A DNA stretch of 64,000 nucleotides from Coriobacteriia bacterium (lineage in GTDB: Bacteria; Actinomycetota; Coriobacteriia; Coriobacteriales; UBA8131), in NCBI GenBank assembly GCA_009776725.1, contig WRNE01000006.1, positions 1,109 to 65,108 of the forward strand. The letters are read 5' to 3'. This document shows, one piece after another, positions 9,363 to 20,144 of this stretch. The number at the start of each line of letters is the position of its first letter. Position 1 is the stretch's first letter. The position numbers were made by a program, and so were the translations under genes. The notes under the pieces are model-generated. The model was not told where the DNA came from. It did no database searches and saw only the letters and a list, made by a program, of their open reading frames with translations.

Positions 9363-11276
9363 ATGATCAGCGAAGAAGAGATCAGCCAAGTCCGGAATGC
9401 GACAGATATCGTAGCGTTGGTTGGAATGCGCACTGCTCTACAACAGCGTAGAAACGAATTCTGGGCTTGCTGCCCTTTTCATGATGAAAAGACTCCATCG
9501 TTTAAGGTCAACCCGGCTACGCAGTTCTACTACTGTTTTGGTTGTGGTGAGAGTGGCGATGTCTTCACCTTTACGATGAAAACGGAAAATGTCGATTTCC
9601 CCGAAGCGGTAAGGATCCTGGCTCAGATTGCAAACATCGAGTTGTCAGAGGATGCGACCACTGTACAGCGAGGGCGAAGGGAACGGCTGCTTGCCTTGCT
9701 TACCGCTGCCACTGCTTTTTATCACCAGCAGCTAATGCGGGTAAAAAGCCCCAAAAACGATTTAGCGAGAGATTATCTAAAATCCCGCTCGATGGGCGAA
9801 GATACAGCAAAACAGTGGCAGATCGGCTATGCACCCGGTAATTTCCAGCTTATCCGGCATCTCCGCGAGCTTGGCTTTGAGGCCCAGGAAATGGTCGATG
9901 CAGACGTTGCCCGGGTCAACAGCAAAAACCCGAACCAGCTAATTGACCGCTTCTACGATCGCATAATGTTCCCAATATCCGACCTGCAAGGACGGCCGAT
10001 TGCCTTTGGGGCCCGAGTGTTCTTGGCTGACGACCAAAGCCCAGCAAAGTACATGAACTCTGCGGAGACTATGCTTTTCAAGAAGCGCGACAACCTGTAT
10101 GCGATCGATAAGGCAAAATCGAGCATAGTAAGCCAAGGCTTTGCGATTGTCGTTGAAGGCTATACAGACACGATTGCCCTCCATAAAGCCGGGTTTGCCA
10201 ACACCGTCGCAACACTTGGGACTGCCCTGACTAGCGAGCACTTGAAAATACTTGCGCGTTTCACTGAACGGGTCATTCTGCTTTTTGACGGGGACGCAGC
10301 CGGCCAGCGGGCAGCCGACCGGGCTATCGAGCTAATTGGCTCTGCCTTGGCTCCAACAGCCTCCAACAACCGTCGTGTGGACATCTATGTAGCCATGTTG
10401 CCAAGCAACCAGGATCCAGCAGAGTACGTCGAAGCTGAGGGCGCTACAAGCCTGCAAACGGTGCTAGACGAAGCGATTCCCTTGATCCGATACGGACTAG
10501 ACCGGACCCTTGGCCGTTTTGCCCTCGATCAGCCCGAGCAACGCAGCCGTGCTGAGGCGCTTGCCATGCAAATATTGCTGCCCTTGAAGAATACTGCTTT
10601 GGCAAGTGACTATTTGAGCTATCTTGCTAATCGGTTTGGCTTCAACGAGATAGCAGAGACCGAGTTACGACAACGTTTTGACCGGCTCAAGCCGAATTAT
10701 TCACAAGCTGCATCAGTAAATGTGGATAAAACCATGCCTGCAGAAGTCCCAAACGTGGCACCTAAGCCAGTGAACAGCCCCACCAGCCAAAACCAAGACA
10801 GCAGCAGGCAGGCAGCTGCCGATAAAATCACAAGTTTGGAAAGGGACCTGCTCTATTTATTTATAGAGCAGGTCCAGTTGCGCCGACAACTGTCTTCAGC
10901 CTTAAAAGGCAATAAGTGGCGAAGTGAGGGACACCAGCAGATTGCTGAGGTATTGTTGGAGCTAAAAGACAAAGACGAGACAATGCCGGTCAACGAGTGC
11001 CTATCACAGCTAACTGCCCGCTTGCCAGAAGCTACAGCTTCACTGTCGGCTTCCAGGCTGAGGGATTACAGTGGCCTTGAGCCAATCAGGATTGCAGACC
11101 ACTTGGTATACAGCATTCGTGAGGCAAAGCTGCAAGAGGCTATAGATAAAATCAACGAAGAGAGGGCCTTGCTCGAGTCAAACGACCCCAACAACCAGGA
11201 ATTGTTTGTCCAGCTGGTGCCCCTGCAAAAAGAGCTGGCCGACCTCCGAAAAAACTTCAAGAGCGGGACCAGATAA
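9363..11276 (+). CDS. dnaG: DNA primase
   Basis: CPFHDEKTPSF...CFGC zinc finger; TOPRIM motifs VEGYTD and FDGDAAG. Confidence 0.97.
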   Translation: MISEEEISQVRNATDIVALVGMRTALQQRRNEFWACCPFHDEKTPSFKVNPATQFYYCFGCGESGDVFTFTMKTENVDFPEAVRILAQIANIELSEDATTVQRGRRERLLALLTAATAFYHQQLMRVKSPKNDLARDYLKSRSMGEDTAKQWQIGYAPGNFQLIRHLRELGFEAQEMVDADVARVNSKNPNQLIDRFYDRIMFPISDLQGRPIAFGARVFLADDQSPAKYMNSAETMLFKKRDNLYAIDKAKSSIVSQGFAIVVEGYTDTIALHKAGFANTVATLGTALTSEHLKILARFTERVILLFDGDAAGQRAADRAIELIGSALAPTASNNRRVDIYVAMLPSNQDPAEYVEAEGATSLQTVLDEAIPLIRYGLDRTLGRFALDQPEQRSRAEALAMQILLPLKNTALASDYLSYLANRFGFNEIAETELRQRFDRLKPNYSQAASVNVDKTMPAEVPNVAPKPVNSPTSQNQDSSRQAAADKITSLERDLLYLFIEQVQLRRQLSSALKGNKWRSEGHQQIAEVLLELKDKDETMPVNECLSQLTARLPEATASLSASRLRDYSGLEPIRIADHLVYSIREAKLQEAIDKINEERALLESNDPNNQELFVQLVPLQKELADLRKNFKSGTR

Positions 11277-11388
11277 TCGATTAATATCGACAGGCAAGGT
11301 TTTCTCCAGATAAAAATATGTAGAATAAGGCAACAAAAAGTTATGGGAGATACCCTTTTATATCGAAGACACAGTAGAAAGGGTTAAT

Positions 11389-12792
11389 GTGGCTGAGAAA
11401 AAAACAACATCAAGCAAAGAAAATGTGGAGACGGTGGCGATTCCGTCTGAGTTAGAGATGCTAGAAGGCGAATTGGCGTCGGTGGTCAAGCAGTTTGGCA
11501 AGGTTGGCGAGGTCAGTCTAGACGAGCTGAGCCAAGCGCTAAATGACTATACTTTGGACAAAACCCAGCTAAAAGCAGTGGAAGACTACTTAAAAAAGCA
11601 GCAAATATTGGTTATTACAGAAAGCGACGAGAGCGAGGACGGGCTGGGGTCTGAGCCTACGGTTTCGATTCTGGCCAGTGTCGATACCAGCCTGGACGAC
11701 TTGTCTGTTGACTTGGCCGGCGAGTTCGATGACACAGAGGATATTTTAGACAGTATCCCAGAAGACGAGCTAAAGAGTGCTGAGAGCGTAGAAATGGTTC
11801 TGACCACTCAGCCAGAACGGTCATCGAAGAGCTCTCGGCACCGTATAAGCACCGACAGCGGGACTGTCATGCTGACGGGCGATCCGGTGCGGATGTACCT
11901 AAAAGAGATCGGCAAGGTACGTTTGCTGACTGCAGCTGAGGAAATCGACTTGGCTATGAAAATAGAGGCAGGCCTTGAGGCTTCGACACAACTGGACAAC
12001 GCTGAGAACAAGGGCATCGAGCTGACTCGGTCCGAGCGGCGGCGCCTTAGCCGTGTCGAGCAGATGGGAATGGATGCCAAGCAGCAGCTAATCGAGGCGA
12101 ATCTACGTTTGGTAGTCTCGATTGCCAAGCGCTATGTCGGCCGGGGGATGCTCTTTTTGGACTTGATCCAAGAAGGCAACCTGGGTTTGATACGTGCTGT
12201 GGAGAAGTTCGATTACAAGAAGGGCTTCAAGTTCTCGACTTATGCGACCTGGTGGATCCGTCAAGCGATCACCAGGGCCATTGCTGACCAGGCCCGCACA
12301 ATCCGCATACCGGTGCATATGGTAGAGACCATAAACAAGATGGTTCGTATCCAAAGGCAGCTTCTACAACGCTTGGGACGCGAGCCTAGCGCAGAAGAGG
12401 TCGGCGAAGAAATGGGCATGACCGCAGAGAGGATCCGTGAAATACAAAAGATCTCACAAGAGCCAGTTTCTTTAGAGACACCGATCGGTGAGGAAGAAGA
12501 CAGCCAGCTTGGTGATTTTTTGGAAGACCGGACTGCAGAGCAGCCTCCCGAAGCTGCTTCTTTTACCATGCTGAAAGAGCAGCTGACCAAGGTGCTCGAC
12601 AGTTTGGCGGAACGTGAGCGAAAGGTGATTTCGCTTAGGTTCGGGCTCGATGACGGCCGCCCCCGCACACTTGAAGAGGTCGGTCATGAGTTCGGCGTGA
12701 CGCGAGAGCGGATCCGCCAGATCGAAAGCAAGACCTTGGCCAAGTTGCGCCATCCGGCAAGGTCGTCGAAGCTAAAGGACTTTGTGGAGTAA
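11389..12792 (+). CDS. rpoD: Primary RNA polymerase sigma factor
   Basis: [46 protein letters not shown]; follows dnaG. Confidence 0.98.
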   Translation: MAEKKTTSSKENVETVAIPSELEMLEGELASVVKQFGKVGEVSLDELSQALNDYTLDKTQLKAVEDYLKKQQILVITESDESEDGLGSEPTVSILASVDTSLDDLSVDLAGEFDDTEDILDSIPEDELKSAESVEMVLTTQPERSSKSSRHRISTDSGTVMLTGDPVRMYLKEIGKVRLLTAAEEIDLAMKIEAGLEASTQLDNAENKGIELTRSERRRLSRVEQMGMDAKQQLIEANLRLVVSIAKRYVGRGMLFLDLIQEGNLGLIRAVEKFDYKKGFKFSTYATWWIRQAITRAIADQARTIRIPVHMVETINKMVRIQRQLLQRLGREPSAEEVGEEMGMTAERIREIQKISQEPVSLETPIGEEEDSQLGDFLEDRTAEQPPEAASFTMLKEQLTKVLDSLAERERKVISLRFGLDDGRPRTLEEVGHEFGVTRERIRQIESKTLAKLRHPARSSKLKDFVE

Positions 12793-12926
12793 AGCTTGAG
12801 CCAGCAAGGATTTGTTGGTTAGTAGATAAAGATAAATGCATATGACATATGTCGTCGCGTGCAGTAAGCAAGGGGCTTGCGCTATCATATACATTTGCAT
12901 AAGCTCTTAGAATAAGGAGTCCGACT

Positions 12927-13169
12927 TTGGCTGTAAAAATTAGGTTGGCGCGCCATGGCGCCAAGAAGAAACCATATTACCGTGTTGTTGTCGCAGATAG
13001 CCGCGCGCGTCGCGACGGACGTTTTATTGAACAGGTCGGTCGATACAACCCCTGTGTGGATCCTGCTTACATAGAATTGGATCTTGAAAAAATCGATGCC
13101 TGGATTAAGAATGGGGCACAGGCTACCGACCGTGTAGCTGTGCTGATCGAAAGAGCCCGAAAGGCTTAA
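12927..13169 (+). CDS. rpsP: 30S ribosomal protein S16
   Basis: [29 protein letters not shown]. Confidence 0.98.
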   Translation: MAVKIRLARHGAKKKPYYRVVVADSRARRDGRFIEQVGRYNPCVDPAYIELDLEKIDAWIKNGAQATDRVAVLIERARKA

Positions 13170-13430
13170 ATGCAAATGGATGACAAATCACGAGATGCTG
13201 TCTCGTTGGTGGAAAGCATTGTTACTTCGCTGGTTGACGAACCTGAGCAGGCCCTTATTAAGTCTTCCAATGACGGTAATGCCTTGCTGATCGAGATCAA
13301 TGTTGCCGCTGACGATATCAGTAAGATTATTGGCAGTAATGGACGTATTATCAAAGCTATCCGCACCTTGGCTCGCTCAGTCGCCTTTATCGATGGTGTC
13401 GACCGGGTCGATGTGGAGATTATCAGCTAG
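13170..13430 (+). CDS. khpA: KH-domain RNA-binding protein
   Basis: KIIGSNGRIIKAIRTL (GxxG loop); conserved position between rpsP and rimM. Confidence 0.9.
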   Translation: MQMDDKSRDAVSLVESIVTSLVDEPEQALIKSSNDGNALLIEINVAADDISKIIGSNGRIIKAIRTLARSVAFIDGVDRVDVEIIS

Positions 13431-13503
13431 ACTTTTTAAACAGTAGATAGTTAGGGGCATTAAACCAAGTCATTGAATCTATGTCCCATATCAGGGCAGG
13501 GAC

Positions 13504-14109
13504 ATGAAGCAATATCAATTGGTAGCATATATCGTCCGCTCGCGTGGAGTAAAAGGGGAGGTCGAGGTGCAAAGCATTGACGGCCTTCCATTGCGTTTGC
13601 GTCCCCAGGCGAGGCTATACATTGTCCCACCGAGCTTAAAAGGCGTTCGTTATACAAGCATTCTTTCACAAAGGGGCAATGACGAAAGCCCTTGGTTGAT
13701 ATTGGCCGACATTGACGACAGGACTGCTGCCAACCTCTTGATCGGACGCTATCTGCTTGCCGAGGCTAGCGATGTTTTAAACGGGATAAGCCAAGTCGAG
13801 GACAACTATGAAAGCCAGCTTGCCTTAAAAGGGCCAGCCAGCCTCTTGGAGCCACCAGGAGCCAGACAGCCGTTAGAGGACCAGGCTATTCCTCCCAACA
13901 ACCAGGGCAAAGAGGTAATTGATGAGAAATTCGGCTATCTGGGGATAATCACAGACGAGTCGAATGCTACAGCCCAAGTGCTCTGGACAGTCGAAGGCGG
14001 CTCATACGGACAGGTACTCATCCCAGCGGTTTTGGCGTTTGTGAGAAGCTGGGACGAGACAAGGGTCTTTGTCGATATCCCACAAGGCTTGCTGGAGCTA
14101 AACAAATGA
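13504..14109 (+). CDS. rimM: Ribosome maturation factor RimM
   Basis: RGVKGEV and VLIPAV..FV...DIPQGLL; located between khpA and trmD. Confidence 0.9.
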   Translation: MKQYQLVAYIVRSRGVKGEVEVQSIDGLPLRLRPQARLYIVPPSLKGVRYTSILSQRGNDESPWLILADIDDRTAANLLIGRYLLAEASDVLNGISQVEDNYESQLALKGPASLLEPPGARQPLEDQAIPPNNQGKEVIDEKFGYLGIITDESNATAQVLWTVEGGSYGQVLIPAVLAFVRSWDETRVFVDIPQGLLELNK

Positions 14110-14906
14110 AGATCCAAACGCTTTCAGTCTTTCCGCAAGTCTTTGAAGGGGCCAATAGCCCCCTTGGCGTCTCGATCATCGGGAGAGCAAGAAGCAGGGG
14201 CATTTTAGAGCTCGTCAACCATGATCTGCGCGATTGGACGCATGACCGTCATCGCACTACTGACGATCAGCCATTTGGAGGAGGACAGGGCCTGCTAATG
14301 AAAGTAGAGCCTGTCTTTGAGGCCCTAGACGAGCTGACATTAAGCAGTGGCCCATCGGAGCCTGACGATCCAACAAACTCGTCAGGCCTAGCTAAACCCC
14401 CAAAACCCCCGAAGCCTGAAATCATCTTTTTCGCTCCCTTTGGAGACCGTTTTGACCAAAAGGCCGCCCAGTCCTTGGCTGCGTCAAAGCATCTGATCAT
14501 GGTGTGTGGGCGTTATGAAGGATTTGACGAGCGTGTCTATCACCGGGCGGACAGGATCATATCCTTGGGCGATTTTATACTTACTGGCGCAGAGCTTGCA
14601 GCAATGTGTGTAATCGATGCAGTGTGCCGTTTACTGCCGGGGGCCTTACGCGACGAGCGGTCGTCAGTTGACGAAAGCTTTACCGATGGGCTGTTGGAGT
14701 ACCCACAGTACACCCGCCCAGCTGACTTCCAAGGGTGGAAAGTCCCCGATGTCCTCCTCAGTGGAAATCATGCTCTGATCGATAAATGGCGAAGAGAACA
14801 GTCTATAATCAGAACGGCGCAGTTACGTCCAGACTTGCTGGAGTCAGCTAAAATAAGCGAGGCCGAGCGAGTCTGGGTCGATGAATACTTGAAGAGAGGC
14901 TTATGA
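14106..14906 (+). CDS. trmD: tRNA (guanine37-N1)-methyltransferase
   Basis: DDQPFGGGQG, CGRYEGFDER, SLGDFILTG, LLEYPQYTRP. Confidence 0.97.
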   Translation: MKIQTLSVFPQVFEGANSPLGVSIIGRARSRGILELVNHDLRDWTHDRHRTTDDQPFGGGQGLLMKVEPVFEALDELTLSSGPSEPDDPTNSSGLAKPPKPPKPEIIFFAPFGDRFDQKAAQSLAASKHLIMVCGRYEGFDERVYHRADRIISLGDFILTGAELAAMCVIDAVCRLLPGALRDERSSVDESFTDGLLEYPQYTRPADFQGWKVPDVLLSGNHALIDKWRREQSIIRTAQLRPDLLESAKISEAERVWVDEYLKRGL

Positions 14907-15733
14907 ACGCAGATCAAAACAAAGCTAAAAAGAATTCCAATCGGCGTTTAGCATCAGCTGCTCACGCACGTACAACACGGTCTTTGCAGCCAGAGGCCCA
15001 GAATCGAAACGTCAAGCCTATCGGCAAGGCCCAGGCCAACAGGCCAAGTACTAGCAGGGTCGATAGAGGGCTTAGCGACGACAAGGCAAGCGCGCGTGCT
15101 GCTAATGAAAAGGCACAAATGCTGGCTTCGGCTCTCACCCAAGAGAAGGACAAGTCCAAACGTTGGCCCAAAGAGGCTCCCTGGAACCGTAAGAACACTG
15201 TTTTTCATGAGGTGGTCAGTTTTATTCTGACCATTGCCTTGGCCGTTTTTAGCATTTCGGCTTTCAAGGTTTTCGTAGCCGATGTCTATGCTGTGCCGAC
15301 AGGCTCGATGTCTCCAACCATTTCCGTCGATGACCGGATAATTGCAGAAAAGCTCAGCATGCGTTTCTCCACAATAAAGCAATTCGATATTGTGACGTTT
15401 ACTGACCCTGTGGGCAACGACCGGACTTTGGTCAAGCGGGTCATTGCTGTCGAAGGGCAGACCATAAACCTGATAAACGGTTTTGTCTATATCGACGGGA
15501 TTATCGTCGAGGAGCCATATACCTTAGGCCGCCCGTCTTATCCCTTGTCGCCTCGGGCAGGCCAAACCATCAATTATCCCTACACCGTGCCGCCTGGCTA
15601 TATCTGGGTAATGGGAGACAATCGAACGGACTCGGCAGACAGCCGGTATTTCGGGCCGGTGAGCCTTGAGCTGGTGACCGGGAGGGCTATCTTCATTACT
15701 TGGCCCCCTGATCATTTCAGCAGTCTAAAATAG
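14903..15733 (+). CDS. lepB: Signal peptidase I with basic N-terminal extension
   Basis: TM helix then VPTGSMSPT (Ser), LVKRVIA (Lys), MGDNR.DS.DSRYFG. Confidence 0.95.
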   Translation: MNADQNKAKKNSNRRLASAAHARTTRSLQPEAQNRNVKPIGKAQANRPSTSRVDRGLSDDKASARAANEKAQMLASALTQEKDKSKRWPKEAPWNRKNTVFHEVVSFILTIALAVFSISAFKVFVADVYAVPTGSMSPTISVDDRIIAEKLSMRFSTIKQFDIVTFTDPVGNDRTLVKRVIAVEGQTINLINGFVYIDGIIVEEPYTLGRPSYPLSPRAGQTINYPYTVPPGYIWVMGDNRTDSADSRYFGPVSLELVTGRAIFITWPPDHFSSLK

Positions 15734-15761
15734 TCAGCAATACGAAAGAAGGAGAGCTCAG

Positions 15762-18700
15762 ATGACCTTTCAGGAGATTATTCTGGAACTGGAGCGATAT
15801 TGGGCAGCCTTGGGCTGTGTTATTTTGCAACCGTACGACTCTGAGGTTGGGGCAGGCACGTTCCACCCAGCCACAACGCTTAGGTCCCTTGGTCCTGGCA
15901 CTTGGAAGACCGCCTATGTACAGCCCTCGCGCCGGCCGACTGACGGCAGGTACGGCGAAAACCCCAACCGTTTACAGCACTACTACCAGTTCCAGGTTGT
16001 AGTCAAGCCTTCGCCGGCAGACGTCTTGGAACAATATCTTGACTCCTTGCGGGCAATTGGCATCGACCCGCGCCAGCATGACATTCGCTTTGTGGAAGAC
16101 GATTGGGAGTCTCCGACGCTAGGGGCTTGGGGCCTGGGTTGGGAAGTCTGGCTAAACGGCATGGAGGTCACGCAGTTCACATACTTCCAGCAAGTGGGCG
16201 GAATCGACTGCGATCCCGTGCCCGTGGAGATCACCTACGGGTTGGAGCGGCTGGCGATGTATATCCAGTCTGTGGATACGGTCTACGACCTGGTTTGGGC
16301 TGAGGACGCCGACGGCACGGTTTTTACCTATGGCGACGTCTTTTTGGAAAACGAGCGGCAGTTTTCGGCCTATAACTATGAGTATGCCGATGTCACGCAG
16401 CTATTTGGGCATTTCGACGATTGGGAAAAAGAATGCCAGGCCCTGCTCCAAGCCGGACTGGTCCTGCCAGCATATGACTGTGTCTTGAAATGCTCCCACC
16501 TCTTTAACCTCTTGGATGCCCGTGGAGCAGTCTCCGCCACGGAGCGCATGTCCTATATCCTAAGGGTCCGAACGCTGGCCACAGGCTGCTGTGAGGCCTA
16601 TGCCCAATTGCCTAGCGTGCAAGCAAAGGCCCATGCAGGCCAAAACGAGCAACTGAAGCGGGCGTCTTTGCCGGCTTCGACAAAGCCAGACGAGCCACAG
16701 GATCGTTTGGAGGAATCGGCAGCCATCGACCAAGCAGCGCCTTCATGTGGAGAAGGACAAGCGGCAGACGCCGGGCCTTTAAGTGCAACTACCGGTATCG
16801 GGCAAGACCAGGACGCCGCTGGAGCTAGCGAGCCTGAGCAGCCGGATTCTTTGGGCGTAGATGCTGATAGCGCCGCAAGCGCCACAGGCCAGACAGACAG
16901 CCCGCTGCCATTTGGCCGAGCGCCTAAGGAGCCTTCGACCTTGGTCTTTGAGATCGGGGTCGAGGAAGTCCCCTCCACGCCGCTTTACAGTGCGACCAAC
17001 CAGCTCAAACAGCTGGCAGAGGCCGCCCTGGACGAGGCGCGGCTGACGCATGGCGCGATCACGACCTTCTCCACACCAAGAAGAATCGTGCTCGAAGTTA
17101 AGCGCCTGTCCCCCGAGACAGTCGCCTTGGTGCAACGTTTCCGAGGGCCGGCTGTCAGCATCGCCTTTGACGAAGACGGCCAGCCTACGAGGGCTGCTGA
17201 GGGCTTTGCGCGCAGCAAGAACATCGATGTGCGCGACCTGACGCGTGCCTACGAGGGAGGCACCGAGTACATTTTTGCCACAGTCGAACAGCTTGCCCGT
17301 CCGACCGAGACAGTGCTGCCTGAGGTCTTGTCAGCAGTGATCGAGTCAATCGAGTGGGCAAAGTCGCAAAGATGGGGAGCCGGGCATGAGCGTTTTGTTC
17401 GGCCGGTGCGCTGGTTGTTTGCCTTATGGGGTGAATGTGTGATTCCGGTAAGCTTTGGCGGGCTCCAGGCTGACCGGATAACCTATGGGCACCGTTTGTT
17501 GGCCCCTGAGGCGATCAGGATCGCTAAGTCAGACGAATACGCAACCGCCCTCACCAAGGCCTGGGTTGTTAGCTCGGCTGAGATGCGGGCAGGGCATATA
17601 CGTGCGCAGATCAAGCACTTCGAAGAGGAGAGCGGACTTTTTGTCTATGCCCCAAAGGCGACTTTCGACGAAGTGGTCAATTTGGTGGAGTTCCCCACCA
17701 CTTTGACTGCTAGCTTCGATATGGAGTTCTTGGAAGTCCCTGAAGAGATCTTGATAGACACGCTGCTTACACACCAGCGTTATTTTCCGGTTTATGACAA
17801 TGAGCGGCATCTGACGAACAAGTTCCTAGTAGTCTCCAACGGGTCTCCCTCCTATAACTCTGACATCACTGTCGGGCACGAGCGGGTGGTTCGCCCCCGT
17901 CTGGCCGATGCTGTGTTCTTTTATCGGGAGGACTTAAAGACTCCCTTGGCCGACCGGGTCAGCCAGCTGGACCAAGTGGTCTTTCATGAGAAGCTGGGCT
18001 CCTTGATGAAGAAGACGGAGCGGATGGTCAGCCTGGCAGAGCGAATCACCGAGCAAGCAGTCAATGCGACAGAGGGAACAAGCCAGCCAATCGACAGCGA
18101 GCAGGTTGACCGGGCGCTGCGGGCTGCGCTTCTCGCGAAAGCCGACCTGGTGACCAACGCGGTCGTCGAGTACACGGCCCTACAAGGCATCATGGGCGAT
18201 TATTATGCCCGGGCCGCAGGCGAGCCCATTGAGGTAGCCGAGGCGATCCGCGAGCACTACCGCCCTCGGTTTGCGAACGACCAGCTACCGACGAATTTTG
18301 AAGGCATGGTCGTGGCTTTGGCCGACAAGGCAGACACGATCGCTGGCCTGTTTGCGGTTGGACAGTTGCCTACAGGCTCGTCAGACCCCTTTGCACTCCG
18401 GCGTAATGCTATCGGCATCATCTCGATTCTCTTGACCGGTTTCCCAGTCTCCTTGAACACCTTGATTGACGACGCTTTGAACAATCTGTCCAAGACGAAG
18501 ATAAAAGTGAGTAAAAAAGAGACGCGTAAGCTGATCATTGAGTTCTTTGCTGGACGCTTGGAGATTATTTGCCGTGAACGCGGGTTCGATGCCGATATCG
18601 TCGAAGCAGTGATGGCAGCTGGAAACATCGAGCCTTTGGACGTCTTTGCCCGGGCCGAGGCCTTGACTGCTGCCCGGAACTCGAACCCTGAGTTATTCTA

Positions 18701-19037
18701 TGACCTGGCTACTGCCTATACTCGGGCCAACAACCTGCGAGAGCCTGCTTTAGGCCTACGGGTCAACCAGAAGCTGTTGGGCGAGCCAGAGACTGTCCTC
18801 CTGGAGGCGATCGACAAAGTTGGTGAGGGCATTAACGATGCTTTGGCCATCAACCGTTATGACCGGGCAATCGAGTACCTGGCATCATTGCGTAATCCGA
18901 TAGACCGTTTCTTTGACGATGCCCTGATCATGGATCCTGACGAGAAAGTACGCAGCAACCGCTTGCGGCTGCTAAACCGTTTTGTTGAAGTGTTCTCGAA
19001 GGTGGCTGATATCGGAAAGCTGATGAAACAAGCCTGA
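15762..19037 (+). CDS. glyQS: Glycine--tRNA ligase, fused alpha and beta subunits
   Basis: Alpha motifs GAGTFHP and [16 protein letters not shown]; beta motifs [17 protein letters not shown] and [12 protein letters not shown]; one uninterrupted 1091-aa frame. Confidence 0.95.
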   Translation: MTFQEIILELERYWAALGCVILQPYDSEVGAGTFHPATTLRSLGPGTWKTAYVQPSRRPTDGRYGENPNRLQHYYQFQVVVKPSPADVLEQYLDSLRAIGIDPRQHDIRFVEDDWESPTLGAWGLGWEVWLNGMEVTQFTYFQQVGGIDCDPVPVEITYGLERLAMYIQSVDTVYDLVWAEDADGTVFTYGDVFLENERQFSAYNYEYADVTQLFGHFDDWEKECQALLQAGLVLPAYDCVLKCSHLFNLLDARGAVSATERMSYILRVRTLATGCCEAYAQLPSVQAKAHAGQNEQLKRASLPASTKPDEPQDRLEESAAIDQAAPSCGEGQAADAGPLSATTGIGQDQDAAGASEPEQPDSLGVDADSAASATGQTDSPLPFGRAPKEPSTLVFEIGVEEVPSTPLYSATNQLKQLAEAALDEARLTHGAITTFSTPRRIVLEVKRLSPETVALVQRFRGPAVSIAFDEDGQPTRAAEGFARSKNIDVRDLTRAYEGGTEYIFATVEQLARPTETVLPEVLSAVIESIEWAKSQRWGAGHERFVRPVRWLFALWGECVIPVSFGGLQADRITYGHRLLAPEAIRIAKSDEYATALTKAWVVSSAEMRAGHIRAQIKHFEEESGLFVYAPKATFDEVVNLVEFPTTLTASFDMEFLEVPEEILIDTLLTHQRYFPVYDNERHLTNKFLVVSNGSPSYNSDITVGHERVVRPRLADAVFFYREDLKTPLADRVSQLDQVVFHEKLGSLMKKTERMVSLAERITEQAVNATEGTSQPIDSEQVDRALRAALLAKADLVTNAVVEYTALQGIMGDYYARAAGEPIEVAEAIREHYRPRFANDQLPTNFEGMVVALADKADTIAGLFAVGQLPTGSSDPFALRRNAIGIISILLTGFPVSLNTLIDDALNNLSKTKIKVSKKETRKLIIEFFAGRLEIICRERGFDADIVEAVMAAGNIEPLDVFARAEALTAARNSNPELFYDLATAYTRANNLREPALGLRVNQKLLGEPETVLLEAIDKVGEGINDALAINRYDRAIEYLASLRNPIDRFFDDALIMDPDEKVRSNRLRLLNRFVEVFSKVADIGKLMKQA

Positions 19038-19051
19038 TAAGAAAGTAAAAA

Positions 19052-19927
19052 ATGAGTGGTATGTACACAAGCGCCATCAAATTGCATACGACAAAACGGA
19101 CAATGCTGGACGACCGGCCAGTAATCAATATAATATCCGACAGTATCGGTGACAGCGCAGCAACCATGGCAATTGCCGCTGCCAGCCAATTCTCGGACAA
19201 CCGATGCCTTATCAACCGTCTGCCAAAAGTCAGCTCATTGGCCCAGATGGTCCCCTTTATCGATGAGCATTTAAACGATACTAAGGATAATATGATCCTC
19301 TTTCATACAATCGCTGACGAACAGCTGCGTGCCGAGCTGGAAGACTACCTCATGGATAAAGAGGTCGTTGCCGTCGATCTGATAGGCCCAGCTATCGATG
19401 CCATAGCACTAGCCACAGGCAGGAATCCTCGCGGCGAGCCAGGACTGATCCGAGAGACAGACGAGGCTTATTACCGCCGAATAGACGCTATGGAGTTTGC
19501 GGTCGAGCATGACGACGGCCGCAATCCGGAGAATCTCACAGATGCCCAAATTGTCTTGATTGGGGTCTCCCGGTCGTCAAAGACCCCCTTGTCGATTTAC
19601 TTGGCAACACTTGGATACAATGTCGCAAACATACCCTTGACTTTAGAGAGCGAGCCGCCTAGGCAATTATTCGATGTCGACTTTCGTCGGGTCTTTGGCT
19701 TGACTACCGACCCAAATCTATTGTCCGCAATACGCCAGCGGCGACTAGGCAATGCCTCAGCGGTCGCCCAAAAATACGCAAATATCGACTCTGTGATCGA
19801 CGACTTGGAACAAGCGCAGAGGGTTATGCGAAAAATCGGATGCTTGATAGTGCGCACCGACAACCGGGCTATCGAGGAAGTCGCCCAAGAGATCCTTCGA
19901 TATTATCATGCAAGTTTTCCTGATTAG
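19052..19927 (+). CDS. ppsR: Pyruvate phosphate dikinase / PEP synthase regulatory kinase-pyrophosphorylase (DUF299)
   Basis: ISDS.G.SA, HDDG and LIGVSRSSKTPLS motifs; the true start may be 19103. Confidence 0.93.
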   Translation: MSGMYTSAIKLHTTKRTMLDDRPVINIISDSIGDSAATMAIAAASQFSDNRCLINRLPKVSSLAQMVPFIDEHLNDTKDNMILFHTIADEQLRAELEDYLMDKEVVAVDLIGPAIDAIALATGRNPRGEPGLIRETDEAYYRRIDAMEFAVEHDDGRNPENLTDAQIVLIGVSRSSKTPLSIYLATLGYNVANIPLTLESEPPRQLFDVDFRRVFGLTTDPNLLSAIRQRRLGNASAVAQKYANIDSVIDDLEQAQRVMRKIGCLIVRTDNRAIEEVAQEILRYYHASFPD

Positions 19928-19951
19928 CTGATGCATGCTGATCAGCTAATC
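19922..19951 (+). terminator. Hairpin over the ppsR stop codon, probable terminator
   Basis: Perfect 11-bp inverted repeat GATTAGCTGAT-N8-ATCAGCTAATC; weak U tract. Confidence 0.5.
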
Positions 19952-20144
19952 TGTTAAACCTGTCTGAAATATCGGCTCAAAATCAGCAAAACCAAGATAA
20001 ATGCATCCGAATAACAGCTCTATACCGTCCCTTGTTGATGTGACGACATAAAGCTGCCCGGACGTAATAAAATAGCCCTAGGAAGATAGCTGTGTCAAAA
20101 AACCGATACAGCTGGTGTTATGACTTTAAAGGTGGGAACCAAAG

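Noticed and set aside
16610-16935. GlyQS linker as an intein or mobile insertion
   Set aside because: It lacks intein terminal motifs (no His-Asn followed by Cys/Ser/Thr) and endonuclease motifs, and its composition is that of a disordered linker.
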